From a virus: a stretch of DNA of 64,000 nt. Below are positions 36,930 to 45,934 of the stretch, one piece after another. Each line of letters begins with the position of its first letter. The stretch's first letter is position 1. The stretch lies in the IMG/VR virus record IMGVR_UViG_3300006155_000004; one strand, 5' to 3'. The notes beneath the pieces were generated by a model, which ran no database searches, was not told the origin of the DNA, and saw only the letters and a list, made by a program, of their open reading frames with translations. The position numbers and the translations under genes were made by a program.

Positions 36930-37640
36930 ATGTCAAAGGAAATCTTAGGAAGTATTTATTATAAGACGTCAGAGGATTTTATGCGTGGGATTTATCCCAT
37001 GGCAAGAACAGTTAAGGCAGAGCAACGTGATTTGGCGGTGGTGGAAATGGAAGAAAGACGATTAGGAAATATTTACGGCTTTGACGGTGGGAATTACGCA
37101 GGGAATGTGTATGATGATAAGGCTTTATCTCCAACAATACGGACATATCAATGCGGAAATCAACAGCCTATGATTGTTGCCATGCGTGGCAGAAATCCCA
37201 GAAACCCGTCAGACCGTACTGCAGGGAGTCCAACAGAACAGAGGTTAGATACGAACGGTCAAGGTATCTGCAATGCGCTGACGAGCATGCAGAAAGATAA
37301 TATGGTGCTAGTGAAAGCAGATTTTTGCATTGGAGGACTGCAGGAGCATCAAACAGCGAGAATAGACGGCATATCTCCATCTCTAACGGCAGCGATGGGT
37401 ATGGGAGGAGGGCAAACACCTCTGATAAATTGTCAATACCGCATACGAAAACTAACCCCGCTTGAATGTTGGCGGCTTATGGGATTTTCTGATGAAGATT
37501 TTCATAAGGCAGAGGAAGTCAATAGCAATTCGCAACTCTATAAACAGGCAGGGAACAGCATTGTAAACAATGTATTAATTGCGATTTTCGGGCAGATGAT
37601 ACCCAGAAAGGAAAATTTGTACAAAGAATTACAAGACTGA
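36930..37640 (+). CDS. C5-methyltransferase C-terminal part (target-recognition modules plus motifs IX-X), in a different frame from the N-terminal part
   Basis: ALSPTIRT, ISPSLTAAMG TRD-like repeats; RKLTPLECWRLMGF (IX), YKQAGNSIV (X). Confidence 0.8.
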   Translation: MSKEILGSIYYKTSEDFMRGIYPMARTVKAEQRDLAVVEMEERRLGNIYGFDGGNYAGNVYDDKALSPTIRTYQCGNQQPMIVAMRGRNPRNPSDRTAGSPTEQRLDTNGQGICNALTSMQKDNMVLVKADFCIGGLQEHQTARIDGISPSLTAAMGMGGGQTPLINCQYRIRKLTPLECWRLMGFSDEDFHKAEEVNSNSQLYKQAGNSIVNNVLIAIFGQMIPRKENLYKELQD

Positions 37641-37644
37641 ATGA

Positions 37645-38094
37645 TTGGAGGCAAAGAGGTTTTCCCGGGAAATAAAGCTGGCTTTACTCCAAAGGATTAT
37701 GAAAGATTGCAAATACCCAAATTGTGTAGAGTGTGCAAATGATGATTGCGATATGGAACAAAAGGACATAGCGGCGCTGTTAAAACGCAGACGGTGGAAT
37801 GCGAATCCGACAAAATATCGGCAAAAACAGATAGATTACAAGGCAAAAATTAAGGAGAATCTACCGCATTGTGACGAATGCACAGATTGCGTTCTTGTGA
37901 AAAAGGATAAAGGCGATGGTTTCAGAAGACTTTGTATAGCGGAAATGAGATTAGTTGAACAGAAAGTGTCAAATTCTCCGCAATGGTGCAGAAAGCGAGC
38001 GCCGAGCAAAGATTATCTGAAACGCCGTGAAAATATACTAAGGCAGAAGAAAGAAAAATATTGGAAAGAGAGGGCGGGAAATGAGCAGAGTTAA
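37645..38094 (+). CDS. Cys-rich hypothetical protein (start uncertain; ATG 37699 possible)
   Basis: ORF track; CKYPNCVEC.., CDECTDC. Confidence 0.45.
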   Translation: MEAKRFSREIKLALLQRIMKDCKYPNCVECANDDCDMEQKDIAALLKRRRWNANPTKYRQKQIDYKAKIKENLPHCDECTDCVLVKKDKGDGFRRLCIAEMRLVEQKVSNSPQWCRKRAPSKDYLKRRENILRQKKEKYWKERAGNEQS

Positions 38095-38497
38095 CAAATA
38101 CAGAGGAATACACATTCATGCGTATCCGCAAAACGAACACATTAACGGAACATGGATTTATGGGCACTTGTCGGACGAAAACTATATCAATTCGCTAGAC
38201 TTAGAGGGAGAATTTCTAGTTGACAAAGACACTGTCGGGCAGTACATAGGCGTTGACGACAAGAACGGAAAGGAAATCTACGAGGGGGATATTGTCAAAA
38301 GAAAAATGTTTGATGATTATGTAGTTGGACAAGTAGTGCGGCTTGATATAGGCTTCTGCGGTTTTATGCTAAAATGTGGAAACAGATATTATCATATGGG
38401 AAAAAGCGAACACACGGGAATATCCGATTGCGATGAAGTTATCGGAAATGTGTATGAAAATGCGGATTTGTTGAAGGAGGTTGAAATAAGTGAGTGA
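38081..38497 (+). CDS. YopX-family protein
   Basis: TVGQYIGVDDKNGKEIYEGDIV ... IGNVYENADLL. Confidence 0.75.
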   Translation: MSRVNKYRGIHIHAYPQNEHINGTWIYGHLSDENYINSLDLEGEFLVDKDTVGQYIGVDDKNGKEIYEGDIVKRKMFDDYVVGQVVRLDIGFCGFMLKCGNRYYHMGKSEHTGISDCDEVIGNVYENADLLKEVEISE

Positions 38498-38621
38498 AGA
38501 AACATATACAATCGAACAAATTATTGAAGCTATTGTACAGGCTGATGAAGAAATTGTGCAAGCCATCAGATGCAAGGACAGAGAAATGCTCGAAGATGTG
38601 CTGAAAGATTATTTGCACTGA
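38490..38621 (+). CDS. hypothetical small acidic protein (43 aa)
   Basis: GAAGGAGG RBS 9 nt before GTG. Confidence 0.3.
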   Translation: MSEETYTIEQIIEAIVQADEEIVQAIRCKDREMLEDVLKDYLH

Positions 38622-38634
38622 ATGGAGGCAGGAA

Positions 38635-38931
38635 ATGAGTAAATCTATTTTAGTGATTGATACGCCAAAAGCATGTATTGACTGTCCGTGTCATTTTGCA
38701 GACGATGTAATGATTTGGTGCGGAAAAGAGAGAAAAGAGATTTTTTCAGATGATATTGAAACTTTTAAGCCTGATTGGTGTCAACTTCGGGATTTGCCAG
38801 AGAAAAAACCGAAAGTAAAATATCAAGGAAATGGGTGCTTCGGAATCAATGAGGCGATGAAAAATAGTTTTAATATGGGATTCAATTCCTGCATTGACGA
38901 AATTTTGAAAGGAGAGAACGGGAATGAGTAG
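38635..38931 (+). CDS. hypothetical Cys-containing protein
   Basis: ORF track. Confidence 0.5.
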   Translation: MSKSILVIDTPKACIDCPCHFADDVMIWCGKERKEIFSDDIETFKPDWCQLRDLPEKKPKVKYQGNGCFGINEAMKNSFNMGFNSCIDEILKGENGNE

Positions 38932-39382
38932 AGAACATCTTTATAAGGCAAAGCGTGTGAATTGGAGGGAACTGCCGAAAGAGGAATGGTGGGTTGAGGG
39001 GCATCTCACACAAAGAAAGGATAGCTATGGAAAAGTTTTCGAATCTTGGATTGTATTAGATGCCTACGAACAACTCGGCGTATTGAACATGAAAAGCGCA
39101 TTGGTTTCAGAAATTGATTTTAATTGTTACAAGGTAGACCCCGAAACCGTCTGCGAATATACGGGATTGAACGACAAGAGCGGAAAGAGATTTGAGGGAT
39201 ATATATTTCAAGCAAGTGACGGAGATTTCATTCAAAGATATGTTATTGCGTGGAACGAAGACTCCCTTGAATGGTCTGCGGAGTGCATAGGAAATCCGGA
39301 CGGAACGTTGCCGTTATCCGAATTTAGAGTGGGTGAAATCGAAGTTATTGGAAATATTTTTGACAATCCTGAACTTTTGTAA
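38924..39382 (+). CDS. YopX-like protein
   Basis: CEYTGLNDKSGKRFEGYIF ... IGNIFDNPELL. Confidence 0.65.
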   Translation: MSREHLYKAKRVNWRELPKEEWWVEGHLTQRKDSYGKVFESWIVLDAYEQLGVLNMKSALVSEIDFNCYKVDPETVCEYTGLNDKSGKRFEGYIFQASDGDFIQRYVIAWNEDSLEWSAECIGNPDGTLPLSEFRVGEIEVIGNIFDNPELL

Positions 39383-39438
39383 TGAGTGAGATAAATATTC
39401 TGAAATAATAATTTTTGATAATTTTATAGGAGGTAATT

Positions 39439-39609
39439 ATGGAACTGGTTCTTGAAAACGGGCAGAGAATGTATATTGACGAATGTGTTGAGGGCGCAAT
39501 AGCGCGGTTATACGGAGAAGATGGCGCTCTTGTTGATCAGAGGGAATTCAGCGCGGAGTTCCTATTTGGATCGTTGTTTGGACATATGCGCGGAGGTGAT
39601 GAAGAATGA
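39439..39609 (+). CDS. hypothetical small protein (56 aa)
   Basis: AGGAGG RBS 5 nt upstream; ATGA overlap with xis. Confidence 0.4.
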   Translation: MELVLENGQRMYIDECVEGAIARLYGEDGALVDQREFSAEFLFGSLFGHMRGGDEE

Positions 39610-39836
39610 GCGGAGAATTAGAAGAAAAGCTAAAAAGAGAAAAACTGTCCATCCCGATAAAGGACAAGCTGAACCTGACGATTGAGGAGGCAGCTGCGTA
39701 TAGCAACATTGGTGTGAATAAACTGCGTTCCATGGCAGATGAGCCGAGTTGCCCGTTTGTACTATACATAGGAAAACGGAAGGTAATCAAGCGCAAAGCA
39801 TTTGAAAGGTATCTCGAAAAAGTGCTTGAAGTGTGA
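39606..39836 (+). CDS. xis: excisionase-family DNA-binding protein
   Basis: LNLTIEEAAAYSNIGVNKLRSM HTH_17-type; immediately upstream of the integrase. Confidence 0.75.
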   Translation: MSGELEEKLKREKLSIPIKDKLNLTIEEAAAYSNIGVNKLRSMADEPSCPFVLYIGKRKVIKRKAFERYLEKVLEV

Positions 39837-39854
39837 GAATATAACAAGCTTTGT

Positions 39855-39883
39855 TTGAGTTTTGAGCCTTTTTATGGTAAAAT
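39855..39883 (+). promoter_or_regulatory. promoter TTGAGT-17-TAAAAT with TG extension, upstream of int
   Basis: -35 at 39855-39860; TGGTAAAAT at 39875-39883. Confidence 0.45.
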
Positions 39884-39933
39884 ATAAACTATATCAAGGC
39901 TCTTTTCCTAAACAAAAGAAAGGAGATTTGTCA

Positions 39934-41124
39934 ATGGGAAAAGATTTGAAAGGAAAGGAGTTGGGTGTTGGGTTAATCCAACGCAAAGACGGGCTGTATC
40001 AGGCGAGATATTCTAACAGATGGGGAAAGAGAAAAACTATCTATGGGAAGAATCTGCGAGAACTGAGAAAAGAGCTTGCGGAGGCTATTGCGGGAAACGA
40101 GAACTTTGCAAGCACAAAATACGAAATAACGCTTGATAAGTGGTTTGACAGATGGATGGAGGTTTATAAAGAGAAAAGTATAAGACCAAACACCAAGAGA
40201 GAATATACGCACATATACAAGAAAAATATTTCTCCGTACATAGGAGAAAGAAACATCAATTCTCTTGTCAAATCCGATATTCAAAGAATTATTGATAGGG
40301 CAAGTGACGACAGTTATGCTTATGAGCGGCAGAATAAAATCAAAGTGATTCTTCGAGATATGCTGCAGAGGGCAGTTGAAGATAATCTTGTTGTCAACAA
40401 TCCCGTGAGCGGTATAAAACTTAGGGCAGATAAGGAAATCAAGGCAAAATCATTGACAGTTGAAGAACAATCATTATTCTTTGATTATTGCCGCAACACA
40501 TTTTATGATAACCTTTTCAACGTGGCGGTTAATACGGGATTACGGCCGGGCGAGCTATTTGCCTTGCAATTTTCGGACATAGATCTTGATAATGGGCTTA
40601 TAGACGTAAACAAAACGCTTGTTTACCAAAAATATCTTGATGATGAATGTAAAACGTTTCATGTCGAACCGCCAAAAACTAAGAAAAGCTACAGAAAAGT
40701 GCCAATCAACAGCGTTTGCAGAAAGTTTTTAGAAAGTCAATTAGAATTGAAATCAGTCGTATCGCAGAAAAGACCAAAACAACAGAATGACTACGTATTT
40801 GTGACAAAGTTTAATACGCCTCTTAACTCTGTTATTTATTCGGATGCGATAAAAGCCGTAATTCGCCAGATAAACCTAGCAAGGCCGTTTGATAATCAGT
40901 TTGAGGTATTCAGCGGACATACATTCCGGCACACATTTGCTACTAGGTGCTTCGAGAGTGGGGTGGACGCAAAAGTGGTGCAAAGCTATCTTGGTCATGC
41001 AAGCCTTAAAATGACAATGGATTTATATACACATGTCACAGAGGAAAAATCAATGAAAGACATAGAAAAAATTGTTCCGGGGATCGAAAACAAGGTCGTG
41101 AACATAAGGAGAAAAATGGCTTAA
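39934..41124 (+). CDS. int: tyrosine recombinase / phage integrase
   Basis: LRPGELFAL.., HTFRHTFAT, LGHASLKMTMDLYTHV; ATG with an AAAGGAG RBS preferred over the track start. Confidence 0.9.
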   Translation: MGKDLKGKELGVGLIQRKDGLYQARYSNRWGKRKTIYGKNLRELRKELAEAIAGNENFASTKYEITLDKWFDRWMEVYKEKSIRPNTKREYTHIYKKNISPYIGERNINSLVKSDIQRIIDRASDDSYAYERQNKIKVILRDMLQRAVEDNLVVNNPVSGIKLRADKEIKAKSLTVEEQSLFFDYCRNTFYDNLFNVAVNTGLRPGELFALQFSDIDLDNGLIDVNKTLVYQKYLDDECKTFHVEPPKTKKSYRKVPINSVCRKFLESQLELKSVVSQKRPKQQNDYVFVTKFNTPLNSVIYSDAIKAVIRQINLARPFDNQFEVFSGHTFRHTFATRCFESGVDAKVVQSYLGHASLKMTMDLYTHVTEEKSMKDIEKIVPGIENKVVNIRRKMA

Positions 41125-41154
41125 ATGGTGTAGCGATGGTGTAGTGATGGTGTA
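41125..41154 (+). repeat. three ATGGTGTA repeats with 11-bp phasing (candidate integrase arm-type sites)
   Basis: Copies at 41125, 41136 and 41147, directly after the int stop. Confidence 0.6.
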
Positions 41155-41345
41155 TTCTTAAAAATAAATGTTATAAAATCAATGTTTTTAATAATTTTTG
41201 TAACATAAATGGTATAATTATTATGTATACCAGAGTACTCCGTATGAGCTGTAGGAATATTTATGAAATAGCGGTTTTATGCGGGTTTTCAATGCGTTTT
41301 CATTTTTACGAAACCTCACATAATTTAACAATTATTCACGGAAAA

Positions 41346-41406
41346 ACGGTGTATTAATGGTGTAAATGGTGTAGTAAATGGTGCAGTAAATTTTAAAAAT
41401 GGTGTA
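41346..41406 (+). repeat. five further A(T/C)GGTG(T/C)A repeats in the same orientation
   Basis: Copies at 41346, 41357, 41366, 41378 and 41399. Confidence 0.6.
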
Positions 41407-41437
41407 GCAGAAAAAGGAAAGGGCCTTGATATTTTTC

Positions 41438-41466
41438 TTGACCATTGTCAGTATTAGACATATAAT
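41438..41466 (+). promoter_or_regulatory. promoter TTGACC-17-TATAAT
   Basis: Hexamers at 41438-41443 and 41461-41466, upstream of ORF 41494. Confidence 0.55.
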
Positions 41467-41493
41467 GTGATTATATTAAGAAAGGGGGTATTT

Positions 41494-41925
41494 ATGTCTG
41501 ATAATATTGATTTAGAAACAGATTCAGAAAATACTGTTGTCGAAGAAGAAGCCCAGGGAATCGCGATGGAGCTGCTGCACGATTTGAAGGAGCATAACCG
41601 GAGGATGGACGATCATAACAAGAGGCTCGTTTCCGCTCTTAAAATGTCTGCGATATCTTTCGGAGCGACTGTAATCATTGTGGTCGGGATGTTTTTCTTT
41701 GGCATGCTGTTTTTCTTAAATCAGTACGAGTTTGAGAACTATTCACAGGATGGTGGCGGTTACAATAATATTAACACTGGGGAACAGGGGGATTTGTACA
41801 ACGGGGCAGAAATATCAGAGGATGAAAAAGAAGAACGGCAAAGCGAAAGGAATGATTCACAAGAAGCCGTCCAATGGCCGGAACAAGAATCGGAGCCGGA
41901 GAACAAAGAAAAGGATAATAATTAA
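41494..41925 (+). CDS. single-pass membrane protein with acidic termini
   Basis: TM ISFGATVIIVVGMFFFGMLFFL; ATG with a GGGGG RBS. Confidence 0.6.
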   Translation: MSDNIDLETDSENTVVEEEAQGIAMELLHDLKEHNRRMDDHNKRLVSALKMSAISFGATVIIVVGMFFFGMLFFLNQYEFENYSQDGGGYNNINTGEQGDLYNGAEISEDEKEERQSERNDSQEAVQWPEQESEPENKEKDNN

Positions 41926-41984
41926 ATTTAGGAAAAAATAAAGGATTTTGTCAATAAAAGCTTTGTAATATTTGGTTTAAAGGG

Positions 41985-42203
41985 GTGGTATCTACGTTGA
42001 AAGTGCCCGATTTTACATTGCCAGAATTGGAATACATAAAGAAAAACGGAAATCTAACGCCGAGAGAGGCGGAGGTACTTGAATTGAGAAATCAAGAATA
42101 CCCTCCGACCATAGAGAGCATTGCTGAAACGTGGGGGTGCAGTCCGTCTACAGTCAGTAAAACCATAGGAAGTCTAAAGAAAAAGATAATAAGGCTTTTG
42201 TAA
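41985..42203 (+). CDS. small sigma-70 region-4 / LuxR-type HTH protein
   Basis: LTPREAEVLELRNQ..TIESIAETWGCSPSTVSKTIGSLKKKI. Confidence 0.5.
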   Translation: MVSTLKVPDFTLPELEYIKKNGNLTPREAEVLELRNQEYPPTIESIAETWGCSPSTVSKTIGSLKKKIIRLL

Positions 42204-42233
42204 TGGTTTAAACAATATTACAATTTCACTACA

Positions 42234-42262
42234 AGAACATGCTATTGAGTATGTTCTTTTTT
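42234..42262 (+). terminator. rho-independent terminator (AGAACAT/ATGTTCT plus a T-run)
   Basis: 7-bp stem then TTTTTT. Confidence 0.55.
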
Positions 42263-42295
42263 GTTTGTAAAATAAAATTCATAGGAGGTATTTCT

Positions 42296-42502
42296 ATGAA
42301 TTTAAGTTTTTTATCAAAAGAACAGTCGGAAGAATATAAAAACAAGATGAACTTGACGGAAGATGAAGATCAGATTTTTGATATGTTAACAAAGAATTAT
42401 TCTGTTGTCAAGATTTCAGATATTATGCAAATGTCAACTCGGACGGTCGACAGAAGAATTAAAAATATCAAATCGAAAATGAAAAATCTAAATCTGGTTT
42501 AA
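42296..42502 (+). CDS. small sigma-70 region-4 / LuxR-type HTH protein
   Basis: LTEDEDQIFDML..VVKISDIMQMSTRTVDRRIKNIKSKM; AGGAGG RBS. Confidence 0.5.
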   Translation: MNLSFLSKEQSEEYKNKMNLTEDEDQIFDMLTKNYSVVKISDIMQMSTRTVDRRIKNIKSKMKNLNLV

Positions 42503-42678
42503 TGGCCGGATTTTTCTATGCAGTCTATTAGGTAGCTATTCAAACTATTAAATCCTTTTTCTTTTGCTAATTTCCCCCATTCCTCTTTTTTCCCCTTTTT
42601 TGCCATTATCGTTATCCTATCATAATTTTTCTCATTCCAACGGTTTTTAACTTCCGATGATGTTTTTGTTTTTACCAT
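42499..42678 (-). CDS. Arc/MetJ-type ribbon-helix-helix protein
   Basis: NRWNEKNYDRITIMAKKGKKEEWGKLAKEKGFSLNSYLIDCI pattern; GGAGG RBS. Confidence 0.55.
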   Translation of the reverse strand: MVKTKTSSEVKNRWNEKNYDRITIMAKKGKKEEWGKLAKEKGFNSLNSYLIDCIEKSGH

Positions 42679-42778
42679 GACGAAACCTCCATTTTTAATA
42701 AACAGTATAATACTTTTGCAAGTATGTTGCAATACTTTATAAAGTATGCTATAATGAAAATAAATGGAGGTGTTGAAA

Positions 42779-43753
42779 ATGGCAGATTTAAATTGCTTGT
42801 GGGGAATATACTACGATATGATAAAAAGATGTTATGATAAAAATTATTTTTTATACAAAAGTTATGGAGAAATCGGAGTAACCGTTTGCCCTGAATGGTT
42901 AAATAATAGAAGTAGTTTTAACGAATGGGCAAATTTGAAAAATTACAAAAAGGGAATGCGCTTAAAATTGCGTGAAAAAGAAGTTGGATATTTTCCGAGT
43001 AATTGCTATTTTAGTAACAAAAGAGAAAGAAAGTTAAAAGAAAATAAACAAAAAGAAGGCAGTAAAACATACAGAAGTGATAAATTCAAAAGTATTTTAG
43101 GCGTTGAAAAATATATAGATAGTCCTATATACATATCTTATTATGCAATGATTGATAGATGTTGTAATCCGAAGAACAAGTCCTATAAATGGTATGGCGC
43201 AAAAGGCATAAAAGTATGTGATGAATGGACAGAAGATATAATCGGATTTGAAAGATTTTCTGTTTGGTCTTTAGGGAATGGGTGGAGAAAAGGTCTTACA
43301 ATAGACAGAATAAATGCGGATAAAGATTATTGCCCAGAAAATTGTAGGTGGATAACTATACAAGAACAGCAGATAAACAAATCAAATTCTTTAAATTTTA
43401 TGTATAGTGGTCAGATTAGAAATTTATCGGAAATAGCGAAAGAAAATAATTTGTGTTATTCAAATTTGTATAGGAAAATAATGTATGATAATTATTCTGT
43501 TGAAGATGCGATAAATTATTTAAAAAGAAGAAGAAAAGGAAAGAAAAATAGCATGTACCATTCAAAACAAGTTGCGCAAATAGATAGTAATGGAGAAATA
43601 GCAAAAGTTTTTCCAAGCGCAAAATCAGCGGCTGATTCCTACGGAAAATCTTCTGGAAGCTTAACAAAGGCTTGTAGAAACGGGACAACATGGTTGGGGA
43701 AAAGATGGAAATATATAACCGAAGATGAATATGACGAATTTTTAAAAAAGTAG
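42779..43753 (+). CDS. HNH_3/AP2-like DNA-binding protein (two tandem modules, first degenerate) with a NUMOD1-like C-terminus
   Basis: RCCNPKNKSYKWYGAKGIKVCDEW, LTIDRINADKDYCPENCRW; C-terminal VAQIDSNGEIAKVFPSAKSAADSYG. Confidence 0.65.
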   Translation: MADLNCLWGIYYDMIKRCYDKNYFLYKSYGEIGVTVCPEWLNNRSSFNEWANLKNYKKGMRLKLREKEVGYFPSNCYFSNKRERKLKENKQKEGSKTYRSDKFKSILGVEKYIDSPIYISYYAMIDRCCNPKNKSYKWYGAKGIKVCDEWTEDIIGFERFSVWSLGNGWRKGLTIDRINADKDYCPENCRWITIQEQQINKSNSLNFMYSGQIRNLSEIAKENNLCYSNLYRKIMYDNYSVEDAINYLKRRRKGKKNSMYHSKQVAQIDSNGEIAKVFPSAKSAADSYGKSSGSLTKACRNGTTWLGKRWKYITEDEYDEFLKK

Positions 43754-43826
43754 CTTTTAAAAGAGGCGTAAACTTGTCGTTTTCGTCTCTTTTTTATATG
43801 GTAAAACAATTACAGGAGATGATTTT

Positions 43827-44057
43827 ATGTTCAATGATGACCTTTTGTGCAAAATCTTCGCGCATGAGGAAATGCAAAAAATTCCTATAGGGACACAAGC
43901 AACAGCTGTCCATGTGTTTGAAGAAATCTTAGAAGATATATTGGAGGAAAATCCATATGAGCAATTATCCGGCTTACTCGTACCAGCAACCCCAGATGAT
44001 GGGGTATCAGCAGAATTTCAATCAGACTATGCAGATGCAGAACCCCTATATGGATAG
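43827..44057 (+). CDS. hypothetical acidic protein; its 3' 100 nt overlaps the next ORF out of frame
   Basis: ORF track; the overlap suggests a wrong end or a frame problem. Confidence 0.35.
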   Translation: MFNDDLLCKIFAHEEMQKIPIGTQATAVHVFEEILEDILEENPYEQLSGLLVPATPDDGVSAEFQSDYADAEPLYG

Positions 44058-44481
44058 GTCTGTGCAGATGCAGCAATATCAGCAGGGGCAGCAGGTGCTA
44101 CCAACACAAATGCAGGGAGCATATCAGCAGCCCGGACTTATCGGGAAAATGGTGAATGACGTGTCTATGGTTTCCCCAAACGATGTACCTATGGATGGAA
44201 ACATTGCCATTTTCCCAAAGGGAGACATGTCTGAAATCTACTGTAAGCAGTGGAAGCAGGACGGGACCATTCAGACAGTCGTTTATAAGCCTGTTTTAGA
44301 ACAGAATCAGACAGAGGCTACAAATACACCGCAGATGGATTTTAGCGCCTTAAATGAGGACGTTAGGGCGCTTAGGGAAGATATAAAAGGTGTTCGGGAT
44401 ATGATTGAAAAATCTATGGCGGTTCCGGCAACTAAAACATCCCAGAGAGGGAAGAAAGCGGAGGTAAGTGCTGATGAATAG
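43957..44481 (+). CDS. Gln/Met-rich low-complexity protein with a globular C-terminal half
   Basis: GGAGG RBS; YSYQQPQMMGYQQNFNQTMQMQNPY.. followed by a non-repetitive C-terminal half. Confidence 0.6.
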   Translation: MSNYPAYSYQQPQMMGYQQNFNQTMQMQNPYMDRSVQMQQYQQGQQVLPTQMQGAYQQPGLIGKMVNDVSMVSPNDVPMDGNIAIFPKGDMSEIYCKQWKQDGTIQTVVYKPVLEQNQTEATNTPQMDFSALNEDVRALREDIKGVRDMIEKSMAVPATKTSQRGKKAEVSADE

Positions 44482-44752
44482 ACAAATGCAGATACAGCAG
44501 ATGATGGGAAATCCACAGTTTCAACAGCAGTACCAACAGAGATTAAGAGTGATGAACCCAGCACAGATTTTAGACCAGATAGCAAACAACCCCAAAATGA
44601 TGGAAAATCCAATGGTGAAAAACATCATGGAAATGCGGAATAACCACGACACCGAGGGGCTGACCGGAATGGCAGAAAATATGTTCCGCGAAAACGGGAG
44701 AGATTATGGAGAGTTTGAAAGCGGATTGAAACAGCAGTTAGGGTTTAAATGA
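44474..44752 (+). CDS. Gln/Met/Asn-rich small protein
   Basis: MNRQMQIQQMMGNPQFQQQYQQ.. Confidence 0.5.
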   Translation: MNRQMQIQQMMGNPQFQQQYQQRLRVMNPAQILDQIANNPKMMENPMVKNIMEMRNNHDTEGLTGMAENMFRENGRDYGEFESGLKQQLGFK

Positions 44753-44909
44753 ACGGACCCAAGCAGTGTGTTTTAATGTATAAAATTCAGAAAATCCTTG
44801 AATTTATAAGGTTTTTCTGGCGGACCACACAAAGTACATATTAGGGTTTGGCGCGCAGATAAAAACCGGTTCCCTATTTGTAAATACACTTCAAATAGGA
44901 GGCACTAAT

Positions 44910-45842
44910 ATGTTTAATTCAAACAATTCAACACCATTTACGATGCCGGTACAACCTGCCGGATATGGAAACGGCGGTGGCTTTGGTGGCTGGGGAGATG
45001 ACTGGATTGCCCTGATTGTACTGGCTATGGTATTCGGCTATGGAAACTTCGGTTTCGGCGGCATGGGCGGCATGGGTGGCATGGGAATGTTCTGGCCGTT
45101 TATGATGGGCGGTTTTGGAGGATTCGGCGGTAACGGCTGCGGATGCGGCGGAACGAATGCCATCGATGCATCCATCCAGCGCGGATTTGATACCCAGTCC
45201 ATAATCGGAAAGTTAGACGGTATCAACAACGGCTTATGTGACGGCTTCTATGCAGTCAACACGTCCATTCTGAACTCACAAAGCGGCATCCAGAACAGTT
45301 TGTGTCAGGGCTTTAACGGCGTGAACACAAATATCATGCAGGGCAACTTTGGTTTGCAACAGGCTATCAACGGTGCTTCTGTGGCTAATATGCAGGGACA
45401 GAACGCTTTGCAGAGCCAGTTAGCAAGCTGCTGCTGCGAAACGCAGAGAGCAATTGACGGTGTAAACTATAACATGGCGACCAATACCTGTGCTATTACC
45501 AATCAGATGAACAACAACACCAGAGACATTATCGAGAGCAACAATGCTGGTACAAGAGCAATCCTTGACTACCTGTGCCAGAAAGAAAATGCAGACCTTC
45601 GGGCAGAAAACCAGAGCCTTAGACTGGAGAAGAGCCAGACGGCACAGAACGCATTTATTGCAGCAAACCAGAGCGCACAGACAGCCGAACTCATTAGGCG
45701 ATTGGGGGCTGATTGCCCGGTTAATGCCGTGGTGGTTCAGCCGAACACGCCTGTTACTTTCCCGACAAACTGCTGCGGTGGTGTAAACTACGCAGGATAT
45801 GGCAATAACGGCGGGTGCGGCTGCAATAGTGGCTGCTGCTAA
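44910..45842 (+). CDS. Gly/Cys/Asn/Gln-rich membrane-anchored protein (YjcZ-like Gly-rich N-terminus; GC-rich Cys termini)
   Basis: GYGNGGGFGGWGDDWIALIVLAMVFGYGNFGFGGMGG..GCGCGG; C-terminal NCCGGVNYAGYGNNGGCGCNSGCC; AGGAGG RBS. Confidence 0.7.
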   Translation: MFNSNNSTPFTMPVQPAGYGNGGGFGGWGDDWIALIVLAMVFGYGNFGFGGMGGMGGMGMFWPFMMGGFGGFGGNGCGCGGTNAIDASIQRGFDTQSIIGKLDGINNGLCDGFYAVNTSILNSQSGIQNSLCQGFNGVNTNIMQGNFGLQQAINGASVANMQGQNALQSQLASCCCETQRAIDGVNYNMATNTCAITNQMNNNTRDIIESNNAGTRAILDYLCQKENADLRAENQSLRLEKSQTAQNAFIAANQSAQTAELIRRLGADCPVNAVVVQPNTPVTFPTNCCGGVNYAGYGNNGGCGCNSGCC

Positions 45843-45934
45843 TGGATGCGAAAGAAACTGATACTCTCGCCATTCTTGACGAGATTATCAGAAATCAGGA
45901 AGAAATACTAAGAAAACTCGCCAACATAAGTTAG
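45842..45934 (+). CDS. 30-aa helical peptide
   Basis: TAATG overlap with the upstream stop. Confidence 0.3.
   Translation: MDAKETDTLAILDEIIRNQEEILRKLANIS

Larger units (their letters stand above)
1..41410 (+). mobile_element. temperate phage genome segment (lysis end, lysogeny switch, early operon, xis-int, att-like repeats); left end lies outside the window
   Basis: Consistent phage gene content and order with nearly all genes on the plus strand; ends with xis-int and an arm-type repeat array. Confidence 0.65.

Noticed and set aside
41125-41406. Short direct repeats considered as a CRISPR-like or iteron array
   Set aside because: Units are 8-9 bp at 9-12 bp spacing, with no spacers of CRISPR size and no cas genes. 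Their position right after int favours arm-type recombinase sites.
44910-45842. Gly/Cys/Ser-rich termini resembling azole-peptide (microcin B17-like) or other RiPP precursors
   Set aside because: The protein is 310 aa with a membrane anchor, and no cyclodehydratase, dehydrogenase, radical-SAM or transporter genes are nearby.
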